DNA from: an uncultured bacterium
Lineage (GTDB): Bacteria > Krumholzibacteriota > Krumholzibacteriia > LZORAL124-64-63
Length of the DNA: 64,000 nucleotides
Direction of reading: 5' to 3'
NCBI GenBank assembly: GCA_937910695.1
Contig: CALEMW010000069.1
Span: 17,933-81,932, forward strand
This document shows positions 9,084 to 18,499 of the stretch, one piece after another (the stretch's first letter is position 1; each line of letters opens with the position of its first letter). Both the position numbers and the translations under genes were made by a program. The notes beneath the pieces are model-generated. The model was not told the DNA's origin, ran no database searches, and saw nothing but the letters and a program-made list of their open reading frames with translations.

Positions 9084-12000
9084 CTACTTCGCCAACAACA
9101 TCTTGTGCGAGATCTCCCCGCCTTGATGCCTCAACCTCACGAAGTACACGCCCGACGCCGCGACCTGGCCCCGGTCGTCGACGCCGTCCCAGACCACGCG
9201 GTGGTCGCCGGCCGGCAGCGTGCCGTGCTGGAGCGTGCGCACGATGTGGCCTCGCACGTCCACCACGTCCAGGTTCACTTCGCCCGCAGCCGGCAGGGCG
9301 AAGATCACCGTCGTCGACGGGTTGAACGGGTTGGGGTAGTTGCCCGCGAGGGTCAGCAGGCGCGGGGCGTCGTCGGCGCCGGTGATGGTCTGCACCGTCA
9401 TGGTCACAGTCACGACCTCGGGGTCGGGCGCCGCGTTGTGGTGCACCATGACGTAGGCGACGTAGGTGCCGTCGGCCATGCCGGCGCTGACGCAGGTCAG
9501 GGTCACATCCTGGGAAGCGCCCTGGGCCAGCACGCCGGACGTCACGTCGGCGGACAGCCAGGTCACGGGCTCGAACAGGGTGAAGTCGGCGTCGCTGACG
9601 TCCGACACCGCGTCGTCGAGGCTCGCGACGCGGATGCGGGCGGTCGTCGTGCTCGGACCGTCGAGCACGGCCGTCAGCTCGCCGTCGTTCGGCGTGGTCG
9701 CAGCCAAGGTCGCCCAGGTGGTGCCGCCGTCACGGCTCAGCTCGACCTTCACGTCGGTCAGATCGCCGGCGTGGTCCCAGGTCAGACTGTGGCTCGTGCC
9801 CCAGCCCAGAGCCTCGCCGCCGTTGGGAGAGGTCACCGTCACCGACGGGCCCGATGCGGCCATGGTGAAGCTGCCGGTCAGGTCGTGGGGCGCAGAACCG
9901 TAGATGTCGCCCTGGACGAACCAGCCGAAGGTCTGCACGCCGGACAGCGAGCCGTCGAAGGTCACGTTGACCGTGGCGGTGGCCGTCTGGCCGCCGTGCA
10001 GGGCGCCCCAGCTGCCGTCGTTGCCGTGCCAGTTCACCGTCACGCCGTCGCCGGTGGTGCTGTCCCAGTTCAGGGGCGCCGAGCCGCCGCTGAAGGCGGT
10101 GGCCGAGTTCACGGTCACGCCGGAGGGGAAGGTCACCTCGATGTCGGTGAGCCACTCGTCGTCGCTGCTCCCGTTGGTGCAGGACAGATGCAGGTCGACG
10201 GTGGTTCCGGCGAAGAATCCGCTCTCGGTGCAGGTCACCGACGAGCCGGTCACGCTCTTCAGCCCGCGGGCGGGAGGCGTCTCGGCCTGGATCCCCAGGC
10301 TGAACTGGAGCTGGGAGTCGGGCTCGCCCGTGTTGGAGATGGTCAGCACGTCGGCGGTGATCACGTCGGGTGCCTGGGTGGCTGCGAAGGCCGTGCCGCT
10401 CAGGGCCAGGACCGGCGAAGCCAGGGCCACGTCGTCCACGAAGGGCTCGCGGTTCTGGGCGGTCACCACCACATGCAGGGGCTGGCCGCCGTCGGGCGTC
10501 GCCAGGAATACGATGTCCGCCGTGCCGGTGGCGCCCACGGTGCCGGCGCCGATCAGCGTCGTGCCCTGGCTCAAGCCGACGTAGCTGCCGGGGGACGCGG
10601 AGACGGTCAGGGACGTAGCGCCCAGCGCGCCGATGCTCACCGGGTTGGCCGCCGGCACGCCCATGTAGGTCGACAACGAAGGGTCGCCCAACAGGTTGTA
10701 GATGTTCCAGTAGTACGAGGTGCTGCCCGAGCCCGCTTCCTGCACGGCCAGGTTGCCGGCGAAGACGAGGGCGTCGTTGGTCACGTAGTACAGGTCCGCA
10801 GCCTCCCCGTGGTCGTGGAAGACGCCGTCGTAGGCGCCGGTGCCCGTGCCCGCGTAGGTGGGGTTGGCGTTGATGGACCCGGAGGCACACGATCCGACGC
10901 CCCACCAGAAGTCCTCGTCCCAGAGCGTGTTGTTCGAGGCGCCGATGTAGCCGATGGCGCCCTTGTTCGGCGCGCGCAGGAACGTCTCGCCGAAGCACTC
11001 GGCGTAGTTGAACGTGGCTGTGAGGCAGCAGTTGCCCACGGCCAAGGTGTACTTGCCCGCGTTGGTCAGGCTGTTGATGTTCGACTGGGTGAAGGTCGGA
11101 TCGGCCCAGCTGGTCTGGCTGCCGTGAGCGGTGTAGTTGATGTAGGCCACGCCGTCGCTGACGGTCTGGATGACGGCGCTTTCCACCGCACCGTTCGAAG
11201 CCGGGTACAGCCACGTGTTGCTGACCAGGTCGTGGGCGGCGTTGAAGTAGGTGTTGGTGCCGTAGTTGATCTGGCCGTTGCCGTGGGTCGGCGCGAAGCT
11301 CGCATCGACGCCGGCGATCATCGTGACCTCGCCCAGGTAGCTGGGGTCGGGCATGGTGAACTGGTCGTAGACGAGGGTCTTCTCGAGGATCGCCTGCAGC
11401 TGGCTCACGTTCGTGCACGAAAGACGGCCGTAGTAGATGTCGGGGACGTAGTCGCCGTCCATGGTGCAGTAGGGACGGTCGGTGGCGTCGCCGCCCACGG
11501 TCCAGGTGGGCATCTGACCGGTGTCGCCCACGAAGATCACGAAGCTCGGTGCCGGCGAAGCCGGCGTCGGGTTGTCGTACAGGTTCTGGATGAAGCTCTG
11601 GATCGACGTCGTCGTAGCACCGACCTCGGGCGTACCGGTGACCCCCACGATCACGTTGAAGCCGCGCTGGGTCTTCCAGTTCACGAAGTCGGTGAGGGTG
11701 TACTGGAACTCGGGAGGCGTGATGATCACCATCGTCACGACATCCTGGACATGGTCCGGGAAGCTGTCGTGCAATCCCCGCGAGCCGGTGAGCTGGTCGT
11801 AGAGATGGGTGTAGAAGGGGCTCCACGTTCCCTCGTAGAGATCGTCGCCGGCGACGCGGTCGCCGCCCTCGAACACCACGCGCAGATCCGCGCTCTCGAC
11901 GATCTCGAGTTCACCTGTTCCCGGCAGATAACGTATCGGGGAGTACTCCAGCCGCGCGAAGTCCACGCCGCGCAGACGGCCCTGGGGCACCACCACGGCG

Positions 12001-12476
12001 GTTTCGCGGGCCACCTTGACCACATCGTAGGCCGCGGTTTCGTACACGAAGGCCCAGTCGGCAGCTCCGACGTTCTTAGGCATGGACGGCTGGGCGGGCA
12101 TCACACGGATGTCGACGCCGTAGTCGGCCAACTTCACCGAACGAGTCACGAGGTTGGCGATCTCGACCCGTGCGGTTGCGCCGAAGGGCACCGCGATGAG
12201 CTCGTTCATCATGGGCAGCTCGGGGGCACCGAGGTCCTTGCTGGAATGGAATCCCGGCAGGACCAGGCGGGCGAAGTCGCCGCCCTTGGTCGCCACTTCC
12301 AAAGCTCGCAATTCGCCGACGGTGGCCCGAAAATTCAGCCCGGAACCGTCGGCGCCGACGAGTTCCAGTCCGTTGGTTTCAGGTCCGACCGGAATGGTGC
12401 GCGCGGGTGCGGCGAGGACCAAGCTCGGCACCAGCAGCAGGATAAGAATGAAAGCGAGCACGGATCGGCGTTCCAT
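9084..12476 (-). CDS. Gingipain-like cysteine peptidase (family C25) with a T9SS C-terminal sorting domain.
   Basis: A signal peptide and a propeptide-like N-terminus are present. The catalytic region has the His (INYTAHGSQTSWADP) and Cys (LAVGNCCLTATFNYAECFGE) signatures of C25. Ig-like domains follow, and the C-terminal ~80 aa is NYPNPFNPSTTVIFALPAAGEVNLDVVDVRGHIVRTL...VWDGVDDRGQVAASGVYFVRL...KMLLAK (Por_Secre_tail/FlgD-Ig-like). Confidence 0.8.
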   Translation of the reverse strand: MERRSVLAFILILLLVPSLVLAAPARTIPVGPETNGLELVGADGSGLNFRATVGELRALEVATKGGDFARLVLPGFHSSKDLGAPELPMMNELIAVPFGATARVEIANLVTRSVKLADYGVDIRVMPAQPSMPKNVGAADWAFVYETAAYDVVKVARETAVVVPQGRLRGVDFARLEYSPIRYLPGTGELEIVESADLRVVFEGGDRVAGDDLYEGTWSPFYTHLYDQLTGSRGLHDSFPDHVQDVVTMVIITPPEFQYTLTDFVNWKTQRGFNVIVGVTGTPEVGATTTSIQSFIQNLYDNPTPASPAPSFVIFVGDTGQMPTWTVGGDATDRPYCTMDGDYVPDIYYGRLSCTNVSQLQAILEKTLVYDQFTMPDPSYLGEVTMIAGVDASFAPTHGNGQINYGTNTYFNAAHDLVSNTWLYPASNGAVESAVIQTVSDGVAYINYTAHGSQTSWADPTFTQSNINSLTNAGKYTLAVGNCCLTATFNYAECFGETFLRAPNKGAIGYIGASNNTLWDEDFWWGVGSCASGSINANPTYAGTGTGAYDGVFHDHGEAADLYYVTNDALVFAGNLAVQEAGSGSTSYYWNIYNLLGDPSLSTYMGVPAANPVSIGALGATSLTVSASPGSYVGLSQGTTLIGAGTVGATGTADIVFLATPDGGQPLHVVVTAQNREPFVDDVALASPVLALSGTAFAATQAPDVITADVLTISNTGEPDSQLQFSLGIQAETPPARGLKSVTGSSVTCTESGFFAGTTVDLHLSCTNGSSDDEWLTDIEVTFPSGVTVNSATAFSGGSAPLNWDSTTGDGVTVNWHGNDGSWGALHGGQTATATVNVTFDGSLSGVQTFGWFVQGDIYGSAPHDLTGSFTMAASGPSVTVTSPNGGEALGWGTSHSLTWDHAGDLTDVKVELSRDGGTTWATLAATTPNDGELTAVLDGPSTTTARIRVASLDDAVSDVSDADFTLFEPVTWLSADVTSGVLAQGASQDVTLTCVSAGMADGTYVAYVMVHHNAAPDPEVVTVTMTVQTITGADDAPRLLTLAGNYPNPFNPSTTVIFALPAAGEVNLDVVDVRGHIVRTLQHGTLPAGDHRVVWDGVDDRGQVAASGVYFVRLRHQGGEISHKMLLAK

Positions 12477-12600
12477 GGCATGACTCCGGGGCCAGGGGCA
12501 GTGATCAGACGATTATGACAATGGTATATCTATTATATCACGAAAGATTCACGGTCATATATTTTGATTTATTATTCTTTTTTGACGCGCCAAGCTTGAT

Positions 12601-13554
12601 TCAACCGCCGTTCAGCACCCGCCGTGTCATGGCGATCTTCTGGGGCCCGATCCGGCAACAGCCGCCGATGCCTTGCGCCCCTGCGGAGAACCATGACCGC
12701 ACGCGGTCTTCCCACAGCACGTCCGAGACGGCGGGACACCAGGTCCTGCTCGTCGCATCGTAGGTTTCACCGCTGTTGGGGTAGACGATGATCGGTCCGT
12801 CGGTCTCCGCACGTGCGGCGGAGATCAGCGCTGCGACATGATCCGGCGCCGTGCAGTTGACGCCCACGGCAACCACGCGCCCCGCCCCCGCACACAGGCG
12901 AACCGCATCGACGAAGCGGCTGCCGTCGTTCAAGTGGACGCCGTCACGGCAGCTGAAACTGAACCAGGCCCAGACGCCGGGCGTGTCTGCGAGCAGCCCC
13001 AGAAGCACGGCGGCCTCGCGGAGGGACGGGATCGTTTCGCAGGCCAGGAGATCGGCCTCCGTGTCGGCCAGGATCCCCCAGCGAGGAGCGTGAAAGGCCC
13101 GCAGAGCTCCGTCGTCGATGTCATAGCGGCCCGAATATTCCGAGCCGTCGGCTAGGTAGGCGCCGTAAGGACCGATGCTCGCCGCGATCAGCGGCGTCGA
13201 CCTCGCGGCGGCGGCCTCCTGGGATTCCAGGAACTCCCGCCGCGCCTTGACGGCGAGGTCGACCGAACTCCGGATCGCCGCCGCACCCGCCTCCGCGTTC
13301 AGGCCGCAGCGGGCGAAGCCGTCCAGGCTGGCCTGATAGCTCGCGGTGATCAGACAGTCTGCGCCCGCGCCCAGGAATTCCCGATGCACTCTGAGAACGG
13401 CGCCGGGATTCTCCAACAGGAGGCGGGCGGACCACAGCTCGTCGTTCAGATCGTGCCCATGCGCTTCCAGGGTCGTGGCCAGACCTCCGTCGAGAACGAC
13501 GAAGCCCTGTCGGTCGAGCATGTCCTTGAAGGGATCGACGAGACCTGGAACCAT
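12601..13554 (-). CDS. mmuM: Homocysteine S-methyltransferase.
   Basis: The sequence from the internal Met (MVPGLVDPFKDMLDRQGFVVLDGGLATTLE...GVNCTAPDHV...GIGGCCRIGPQKI) matches the Pfam02574 homocysteine methyltransferase family. The start at 13554 overlaps the upstream gene's stop (ATGA). The 118 upstream track codons are R/G-rich and not real. Confidence 0.75.
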   Translation of the reverse strand: MVPGLVDPFKDMLDRQGFVVLDGGLATTLEAHGHDLNDELWSARLLLENPGAVLRVHREFLGAGADCLITASYQASLDGFARCGLNAEAGAAAIRSSVDLAVKARREFLESQEAAAARSTPLIAASIGPYGAYLADGSEYSGRYDIDDGALRAFHAPRWGILADTEADLLACETIPSLREAAVLLGLLADTPGVWAWFSFSCRDGVHLNDGSRFVDAVRLCAGAGRVVAVGVNCTAPDHVAALISAARAETDGPIIVYPNSGETYDATSRTWCPAVSDVLWEDRVRSWFSAGAQGIGGCCRIGPQKIAMTRRVLNGG

Positions 13555-15080
13555 CACGCACCCCCCGGTCCCCTCCCGCACCAGAACGTCCGCACATGAT
13601 GCGGATCGTCCGGTCCCGTAGGAAAGTCCAAAGGCGGCGACAACTCCACGGCCGTGCCGAACGCGTCGATGACCGCCCGCAGATATTCCTGATGATCGCC
13701 GCCGCGATGATTGTTTGCGAAGACCGCCACACCACCGTCGGCCAGCAGTTCCGCCGCCGCCAGCGCCAGGGGCCGCCACTCCTTCTCGACCGAAAACGAT
13801 CCGCCGTCCTTCGACGAGGCGAACACCGGCGGATCGCACACGATCAGATCGAAGGGCTGGAACTCTTCCGGCCGCTCCCGTCGGCGTCGTTGTTGGCGCT
13901 GCAGCCACTTGCGCACGTCCTGCTGCACGAACTTGCCGCGTTTCGTTTCGGTCAGCCCGTTGAGTTCGAAGTTGGTCATGCCGGTGCTGAGGCAGGCTCG
14001 AGCTACATCCACCGAAAAAGCCACCTCGGCAGCGGCGGCCGTCGCGGCCACGGAAAATGAGCAGGTGTAAGCAAACAGATTGGCCAATCGCTTCCCTGCG
14101 GCCATGACCGCGAGGCGGCGACGCGTATCGCGCTGATCGAGGAACAATCCCGTGTGCTGGGTTTCGGTAAGACTGACCTCATAACGAAGATCGTGCTCCC
14201 GCACCGTAAATCGAGCGGGAGGCGTCTCCCCGACGATGGTCGTCTCGGTCACCAGGGTCCGCTGATGAGGATTGCGACGATGGATGCGCATCGTGCCCCC
14301 GCGGCAGCCGTATGTGGCGGCCGTCCGGACGAGGATCGGCTCCAGAGCCGCACGGGCCGTGTCGAGATCGACTGACTCATCGAACCACACACCGTCGAAC
14401 CAGTCACCGTACACATCGACGGCGGCGGGCAGACCGGGGATCTCGTCGCGGTGGACGGCGCGGAAGGCGTCGGTGATCGCGGACAACCAGCGGCCGCGGC
14501 GGTCGCAGCACAGGTCGAAGGCCGGATCACGTCCCTCGGCCAGAGCCGCGAACGACGGGGGCGTCGGAGCCGTCATCGGTACAGAGAAATCGTTGCAGAC
14601 GATCTCGGCGCAATGGAGGCCGAGACGGGGCCAGGTTCGGCCGCCTGCGGATCCATCGCCAAGCAGAGGCACACCGGACGAGGCGGCGAGACGGCGAATC
14701 CTGTCGGAATCACCAACTTCGGCATCGGCTCGATAGAATACAAAACCGTCGCTGGCGTCGATGCGTTCGAAGCGGATCGGCGGCACCGCGTCGCCGAGAG
14801 GGTCGGTGCAGGTCCAGACATCGTCGCGGCCGAGGATGCGGACATCGACATGGGATATCAGATCGTAGACCGCGCGACCTTCAAGTTTCTGCGTTCCGGT
14901 GCCGGTGCAGAGAAAAACGCCGCTCGCGCCGCGCTCGAGACGACCGGTCGGACAGACTGCTTCTCCCAGATGGAGGGCTAGCCATTCGACAGCTCCGAGC
15001 TCCCCCGAACGCTCCGCTTCGGCAGCCATACCGGCGGGTTTATCCACCGCCAGGAGGTGATCGTCCCGGAAGAGAATCAT
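13554..15080 (-). CDS. Fusion of an RluA-family pseudouridine synthase-like domain with an RlmI-like class-I SAM-dependent rRNA methyltransferase.
   Basis: The N-terminal part has RluA motifs (MILFRDDHLLAVDKPAGM...PTGRLERGASGVF...GLHCAEIV). The C-terminal part is an RlmI-like MTase (AYTCSFSVAA...FELNGLTETKRGKFVQQDVRKWL...FDLIVCDPPVFASSKDG...GGVAVFANN). The start is placed at Met 72 because ATGA overlaps the upstream amidohydrolase stop; the first 71 track codons are R/G-rich. Confidence 0.7.
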   Translation of the reverse strand: MILFRDDHLLAVDKPAGMAAEAERSGELGAVEWLALHLGEAVCPTGRLERGASGVFLCTGTGTQKLEGRAVYDLISHVDVRILGRDDVWTCTDPLGDAVPPIRFERIDASDGFVFYRADAEVGDSDRIRRLAASSGVPLLGDGSAGGRTWPRLGLHCAEIVCNDFSVPMTAPTPPSFAALAEGRDPAFDLCCDRRGRWLSAITDAFRAVHRDEIPGLPAAVDVYGDWFDGVWFDESVDLDTARAALEPILVRTAATYGCRGGTMRIHRRNPHQRTLVTETTIVGETPPARFTVREHDLRYEVSLTETQHTGLFLDQRDTRRRLAVMAAGKRLANLFAYTCSFSVAATAAAAEVAFSVDVARACLSTGMTNFELNGLTETKRGKFVQQDVRKWLQRQQRRRRERPEEFQPFDLIVCDPPVFASSKDGGSFSVEKEWRPLALAAAELLADGGVAVFANNHRGGDHQEYLRAVIDAFGTAVELSPPLDFPTGPDDPHHVRTFWCGRGPGGA

Positions 15081-16720
15081 CGGATCCGCTCGCCCCCCAC
15101 GAAGACGGCCGTCGGTACGGCCTTCAGCCAAGCCGTCGGCTCGTTGCGGGGATCGATGTCCATGACCGTCACATCGAAGAAGCAACCCGGCGCAATCCTG
15201 CCCAGATCCTCTTCGCGATGCACGGCATAGGCCGCTTCGGCGGTGAACCCGGCCACCGCTTCCTGCCAGGTCAGTCTCTGTTCCGGAAACCAACCGCCGT
15301 CCGGATGTCCCTCGACGTCCTGGCGTGTGATCGCTGCGTAGATGCCCGGCATGGGATTCCAGTCTTCCACCGGTGCGTCGCTGCCCAACGGCAGGTGTGT
15401 ACCTGCATCGACGAACGTACGCCAGGCATAGGCGCCCTTCACCCGCTCGGCCCCGAGCCTCTGCTCGGCCCAGCGCATGTCACTGGTGCAGTGGGTGGGT
15501 TGAACACTGGCGACTGCGCCTTCGGCGACGAAGCGAGCGAAGTCGTCGGGATGAACAACCTGGGCGTGCTCCACTCGATGCCGCCTGCCGAGCGCGCCGT
15601 ACTGCGCCTTATGGATGGCGTCGAGGGCCGTGCGATTGCCGCGGTCGCCGATGGCGTGGATCGCGCACTGAAACCCGCGACGGTGCACCATGTCGACCCG
15701 GCGCTCCAGCTCCATGGGATCGGTCACCAGCAGCCCGCGCTGGGTCGGCTCGTCGTCGTACACGGCGAGCAGAGCGGCACCCCGGCTGCCCAGGGCGCCG
15801 TCGGTGTAGTACTTCATGCCCTGAACCATGAAGTTGGGATGGGGGGCGTAGCGACTCATGGCGGCCATCGTGTCGTCTTCGGAACCTTCGAGGTACACGA
15901 ACAGACGGATCGGCAGGCGCCCCGCGATGGCCAGCCGCTCGGCGATATCGCAGGTGGCTGTATTCTGACCCATGTCGTGCACGGCGGTCAGACCGACGTC
16001 GGCACAGGCGTTCAAACCCGCCAGCAGCCAACGTTCGCGATCGGCGTCTGTAGGCACGGGCAGAACCGGATCGAGCAGATCGACGGCGTTGTCCACCAAT
16101 ACGCCGGTAGGCTCGCCGGCGGCGTCGCGCAGGATGCGGCCGCCATCGGGGTCTGGAGAGTCACGGGTGATGCGCGCCAGATCGAGCATCGTCCTGTTGA
16201 TCCAGGCGGCGTGGCCGTCGACGCGGCGCAGCACCATCGGCCGAGAGGAGACACCCTCGAGTTCACGCCACGAGGGAAACTCCCGATCCGGCCAGCGGCT
16301 CTGATCCCAGCCGCGACCGCGGACGACCGATACTTCGGGGTGGTCCTCGATCCAGGCTTGGACCAACGCAGCAGCTTCAGCCGCCGAGCCCGCGGACTCG
16401 AGGGCCACCTGTTCGCTACGCCTGCCGATGCCTGATACGTGCAGATGTGCATCGACCAGTCCGGCGGTGGCGAACGCACCTGGCAATTTGATGATCGGCC
16501 AGGGCGAACCCTTGGGCGTCTGGGCGTAGACTTCGACGATGCGGCCTGTCGCGTCGACTGCTACGGCTTCAGCTTGGGGCAGTTCGGCGTCGCCGGTCCA
16601 GAAGACGGGGCCGGTGTAGATGCGCATCGTGGCATCTACGTTTTCCACGGGGTTCTCCTGGGCTATGGCTACGCCGACGGCCAGCGCAACGATCAGTGCA
16701 ATGATCGTGATCGATCGCAT
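15077..16720 (-). CDS. Secreted amidohydrolase-family metal-dependent hydrolase (Amidohydro_3/YtcJ-like).
   Basis: An AGGAGG RBS precedes the signal peptide MRSITIIALIVALAVGVAIA. The metal-binding motif LVDAHLHVSG is present, and the length (547 aa) and composition fit amidohydrolase 3. Confidence 0.7.
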   Translation of the reverse strand: MRSITIIALIVALAVGVAIAQENPVENVDATMRIYTGPVFWTGDAELPQAEAVAVDATGRIVEVYAQTPKGSPWPIIKLPGAFATAGLVDAHLHVSGIGRRSEQVALESAGSAAEAAALVQAWIEDHPEVSVVRGRGWDQSRWPDREFPSWRELEGVSSRPMVLRRVDGHAAWINRTMLDLARITRDSPDPDGGRILRDAAGEPTGVLVDNAVDLLDPVLPVPTDADRERWLLAGLNACADVGLTAVHDMGQNTATCDIAERLAIAGRLPIRLFVYLEGSEDDTMAAMSRYAPHPNFMVQGMKYYTDGALGSRGAALLAVYDDEPTQRGLLVTDPMELERRVDMVHRRGFQCAIHAIGDRGNRTALDAIHKAQYGALGRRHRVEHAQVVHPDDFARFVAEGAVASVQPTHCTSDMRWAEQRLGAERVKGAYAWRTFVDAGTHLPLGSDAPVEDWNPMPGIYAAITRQDVEGHPDGGWFPEQRLTWQEAVAGFTAEAAYAVHREEDLGRIAPGCFFDVTVMDIDPRNEPTAWLKAVPTAVFVGGERIR

Positions 16721-16728
16721 GAATCCTC

Positions 16729-18348
16729 CTAGTAGGACAGCTCGTTGGTGACCGTATCCCCTGCGGCCTGCCGCATCCGGAACTGATCCGGCCTGAGCTT
16801 CAGCACCTCGCGGCGCCAGGCCTCGGAGTATCCCACTTCCCTGGCCTGTCCGTCTTCGCGGACGTAGCCGTCGTTGTACTTCGTGAACAGGTGCTCGGCC
16901 AGCTCGGTCCAGCGGGCGGTAACACGCTCCCCGGCCGACACGGAGTAGGTTGTGAGATACTCGGCGGCGAGGTCCGGATCCTGTGCATAGAGCTTCGCGG
17001 CCGTCTCCTCCACCGCAGACTGCATGGCGAGGAACCCGTCCTCGAGATCACGCTGTACGGCGGTGATGTCCTCGATCATCAGCGAATACCTCAAGCTCGC
17101 ATAGTTGGCCACGATGTTGAAGACCCACCAGGCCGAATCCCAGGAAAACTCGCCCAACCGCCCCGCTGCATACGACGGCGGCCCAGCCGTAACGCCTGCA
17201 TAGAGGGGAAACCAAACGGTCGTCGCCGTGTCGTCGACCCCGTACCAGAGACAGCCGCCGACCGGGTCGGGCAAGGCGGCGCGGCACTGGGCGATCATCG
17301 AGAACCCCGTCTGCTGGGTCGAGATGGGGCGCTCCCAGGAGTAGGCCTCGCCGTCGATCTCCCAGGCCATCGGACGCCAGCGGTTGGGACAGGCGTAGGG
17401 GCCGGCGTCGACGCCGGCGGTCATGTCGAAGGGGGTGCCTTCGTAGTGGTCGCGCATCAGGCCCATGACCTGGCGCAGATCGATCTTCTCGTCGGGAGTG
17501 ATCCACAGCGGATAGCGCTCGGCCTCGGGATCGCCGCGATGGAAGGCCGGGTCGAAGTCCTGCGACGGCGCCGCGCGGCGGAACAGGCTCCACACCCGGG
17601 TGGCGCAGTAGCGCAGCTTCTGGACGTCGGCGGGGCAGTAGACCTTGGCGAAGTCGAGGGGACCATCGGCCGGGGTCCACCAGCCGTTGGCTTCGGCCAC
17701 GTCGAAGATGTTGGCCGAGTAGAGGGTGTTCTCGGGATCGTCGGTGGGGAACGTGCCGATGCGCGCCATGTTGGCGTGGGCGCTGATCGTGCCGTCCGGC
17801 AGCCTGCGCGCCACCCACACGACGCCCTTCACATCGCTGCCCGCACCGATCATCTCCATGATCCACACCTCGCGCGGATCGCAGATGGAGAACGACTCGC
17901 CGGTGCTGCGGTAGCCGTAGGTCTCCAGGAGTTCGGCGATGATCTCCACGGCATCGCGGGCGGTGTCCGCCCTCTCGAGGGTGAGGTTCATCAGTCCCCA
18001 GTAATGGATGCCCTCGTCCCGGTTCTGCAGTTCGAGGCGCCCGTCGAAGGTGGTTTCGCCGATGGCGACCTGGCGGTCGTTGATCAGGCGGGTCACGCCG
18101 TGGGAGTGGGCGGGTTGGGGAATTTCGGCCTGGAGTGTGCCGTCCCAGTGGCGGACCTCCTGCATCTCCCCCGGTTCATGCTCGGCCGCGGGCGTGAGCT
18201 GGAGCGTGGGGTGGAACACGCCGTCGCAGGTATAGGTGACGAAGGCGGAGCCGTCGGCCGAGGCGCCGGGGGTGACCAGCAGGTTGGTGCAGGCGTGGGC
18301 GGCCGGGGCCGCGGCGATCAGCAGCAGGGCAAGGATGACTTGGCGCAT
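16729..18348 (-). CDS. Peptidase C69-family dipeptidase (secreted).
   Basis: A GGAGG RBS precedes the signal peptide, which ends ...AAPAAHA. It is followed by Cys-Thr (CTNLLVTPGASADGS), the N-terminal nucleophile position of C69 dipeptidases. Length is 539 aa. Confidence 0.65.
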   Translation of the reverse strand: MRQVILALLLIAAAPAAHACTNLLVTPGASADGSAFVTYTCDGVFHPTLQLTPAAEHEPGEMQEVRHWDGTLQAEIPQPAHSHGVTRLINDRQVAIGETTFDGRLELQNRDEGIHYWGLMNLTLERADTARDAVEIIAELLETYGYRSTGESFSICDPREVWIMEMIGAGSDVKGVVWVARRLPDGTISAHANMARIGTFPTDDPENTLYSANIFDVAEANGWWTPADGPLDFAKVYCPADVQKLRYCATRVWSLFRRAAPSQDFDPAFHRGDPEAERYPLWITPDEKIDLRQVMGLMRDHYEGTPFDMTAGVDAGPYACPNRWRPMAWEIDGEAYSWERPISTQQTGFSMIAQCRAALPDPVGGCLWYGVDDTATTVWFPLYAGVTAGPPSYAAGRLGEFSWDSAWWVFNIVANYASLRYSLMIEDITAVQRDLEDGFLAMQSAVEETAAKLYAQDPDLAAEYLTTYSVSAGERVTARWTELAEHLFTKYNDGYVREDGQAREVGYSEAWRREVLKLRPDQFRMRQAAGDTVTNELSY

Positions 18349-18499
18349 GGGATCCTCCGAGTGGAATGGTGCGGAGGAATCCTAACCAGTTCGGGTCCGA
18401 ACGTCTGGACTTTTTCTCGAAATTCATCTTGATATTCGTACATATATCAATTATCTTCCTTGTTCATCCCCTCCCGGATCGAGAGCGTGCCCCGTGTGC

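Noticed and set aside
9105-12518. A 1137-aa plus-strand ORF and a 698-aa minus-strand alternative-frame ORF (9730..11826) overlapping the gingipain-like gene.
   Set aside because: They lie antisense or out of frame to a well-supported C25 peptidase gene. The translations are low-complexity R/G/A/V-rich with no domain signatures, which is typical of spurious long ORFs in high-GC DNA.
18380-18410. tRNA-like or stem-loop sequence ccagttcgggtccgaacgtctgg in the AT-rich region upstream of the HNH gene.
   Set aside because: It is only a short imperfect hairpin. There is no cloverleaf, no TΨC/anticodon arm pattern and no CCA end, so it is not a tRNA.
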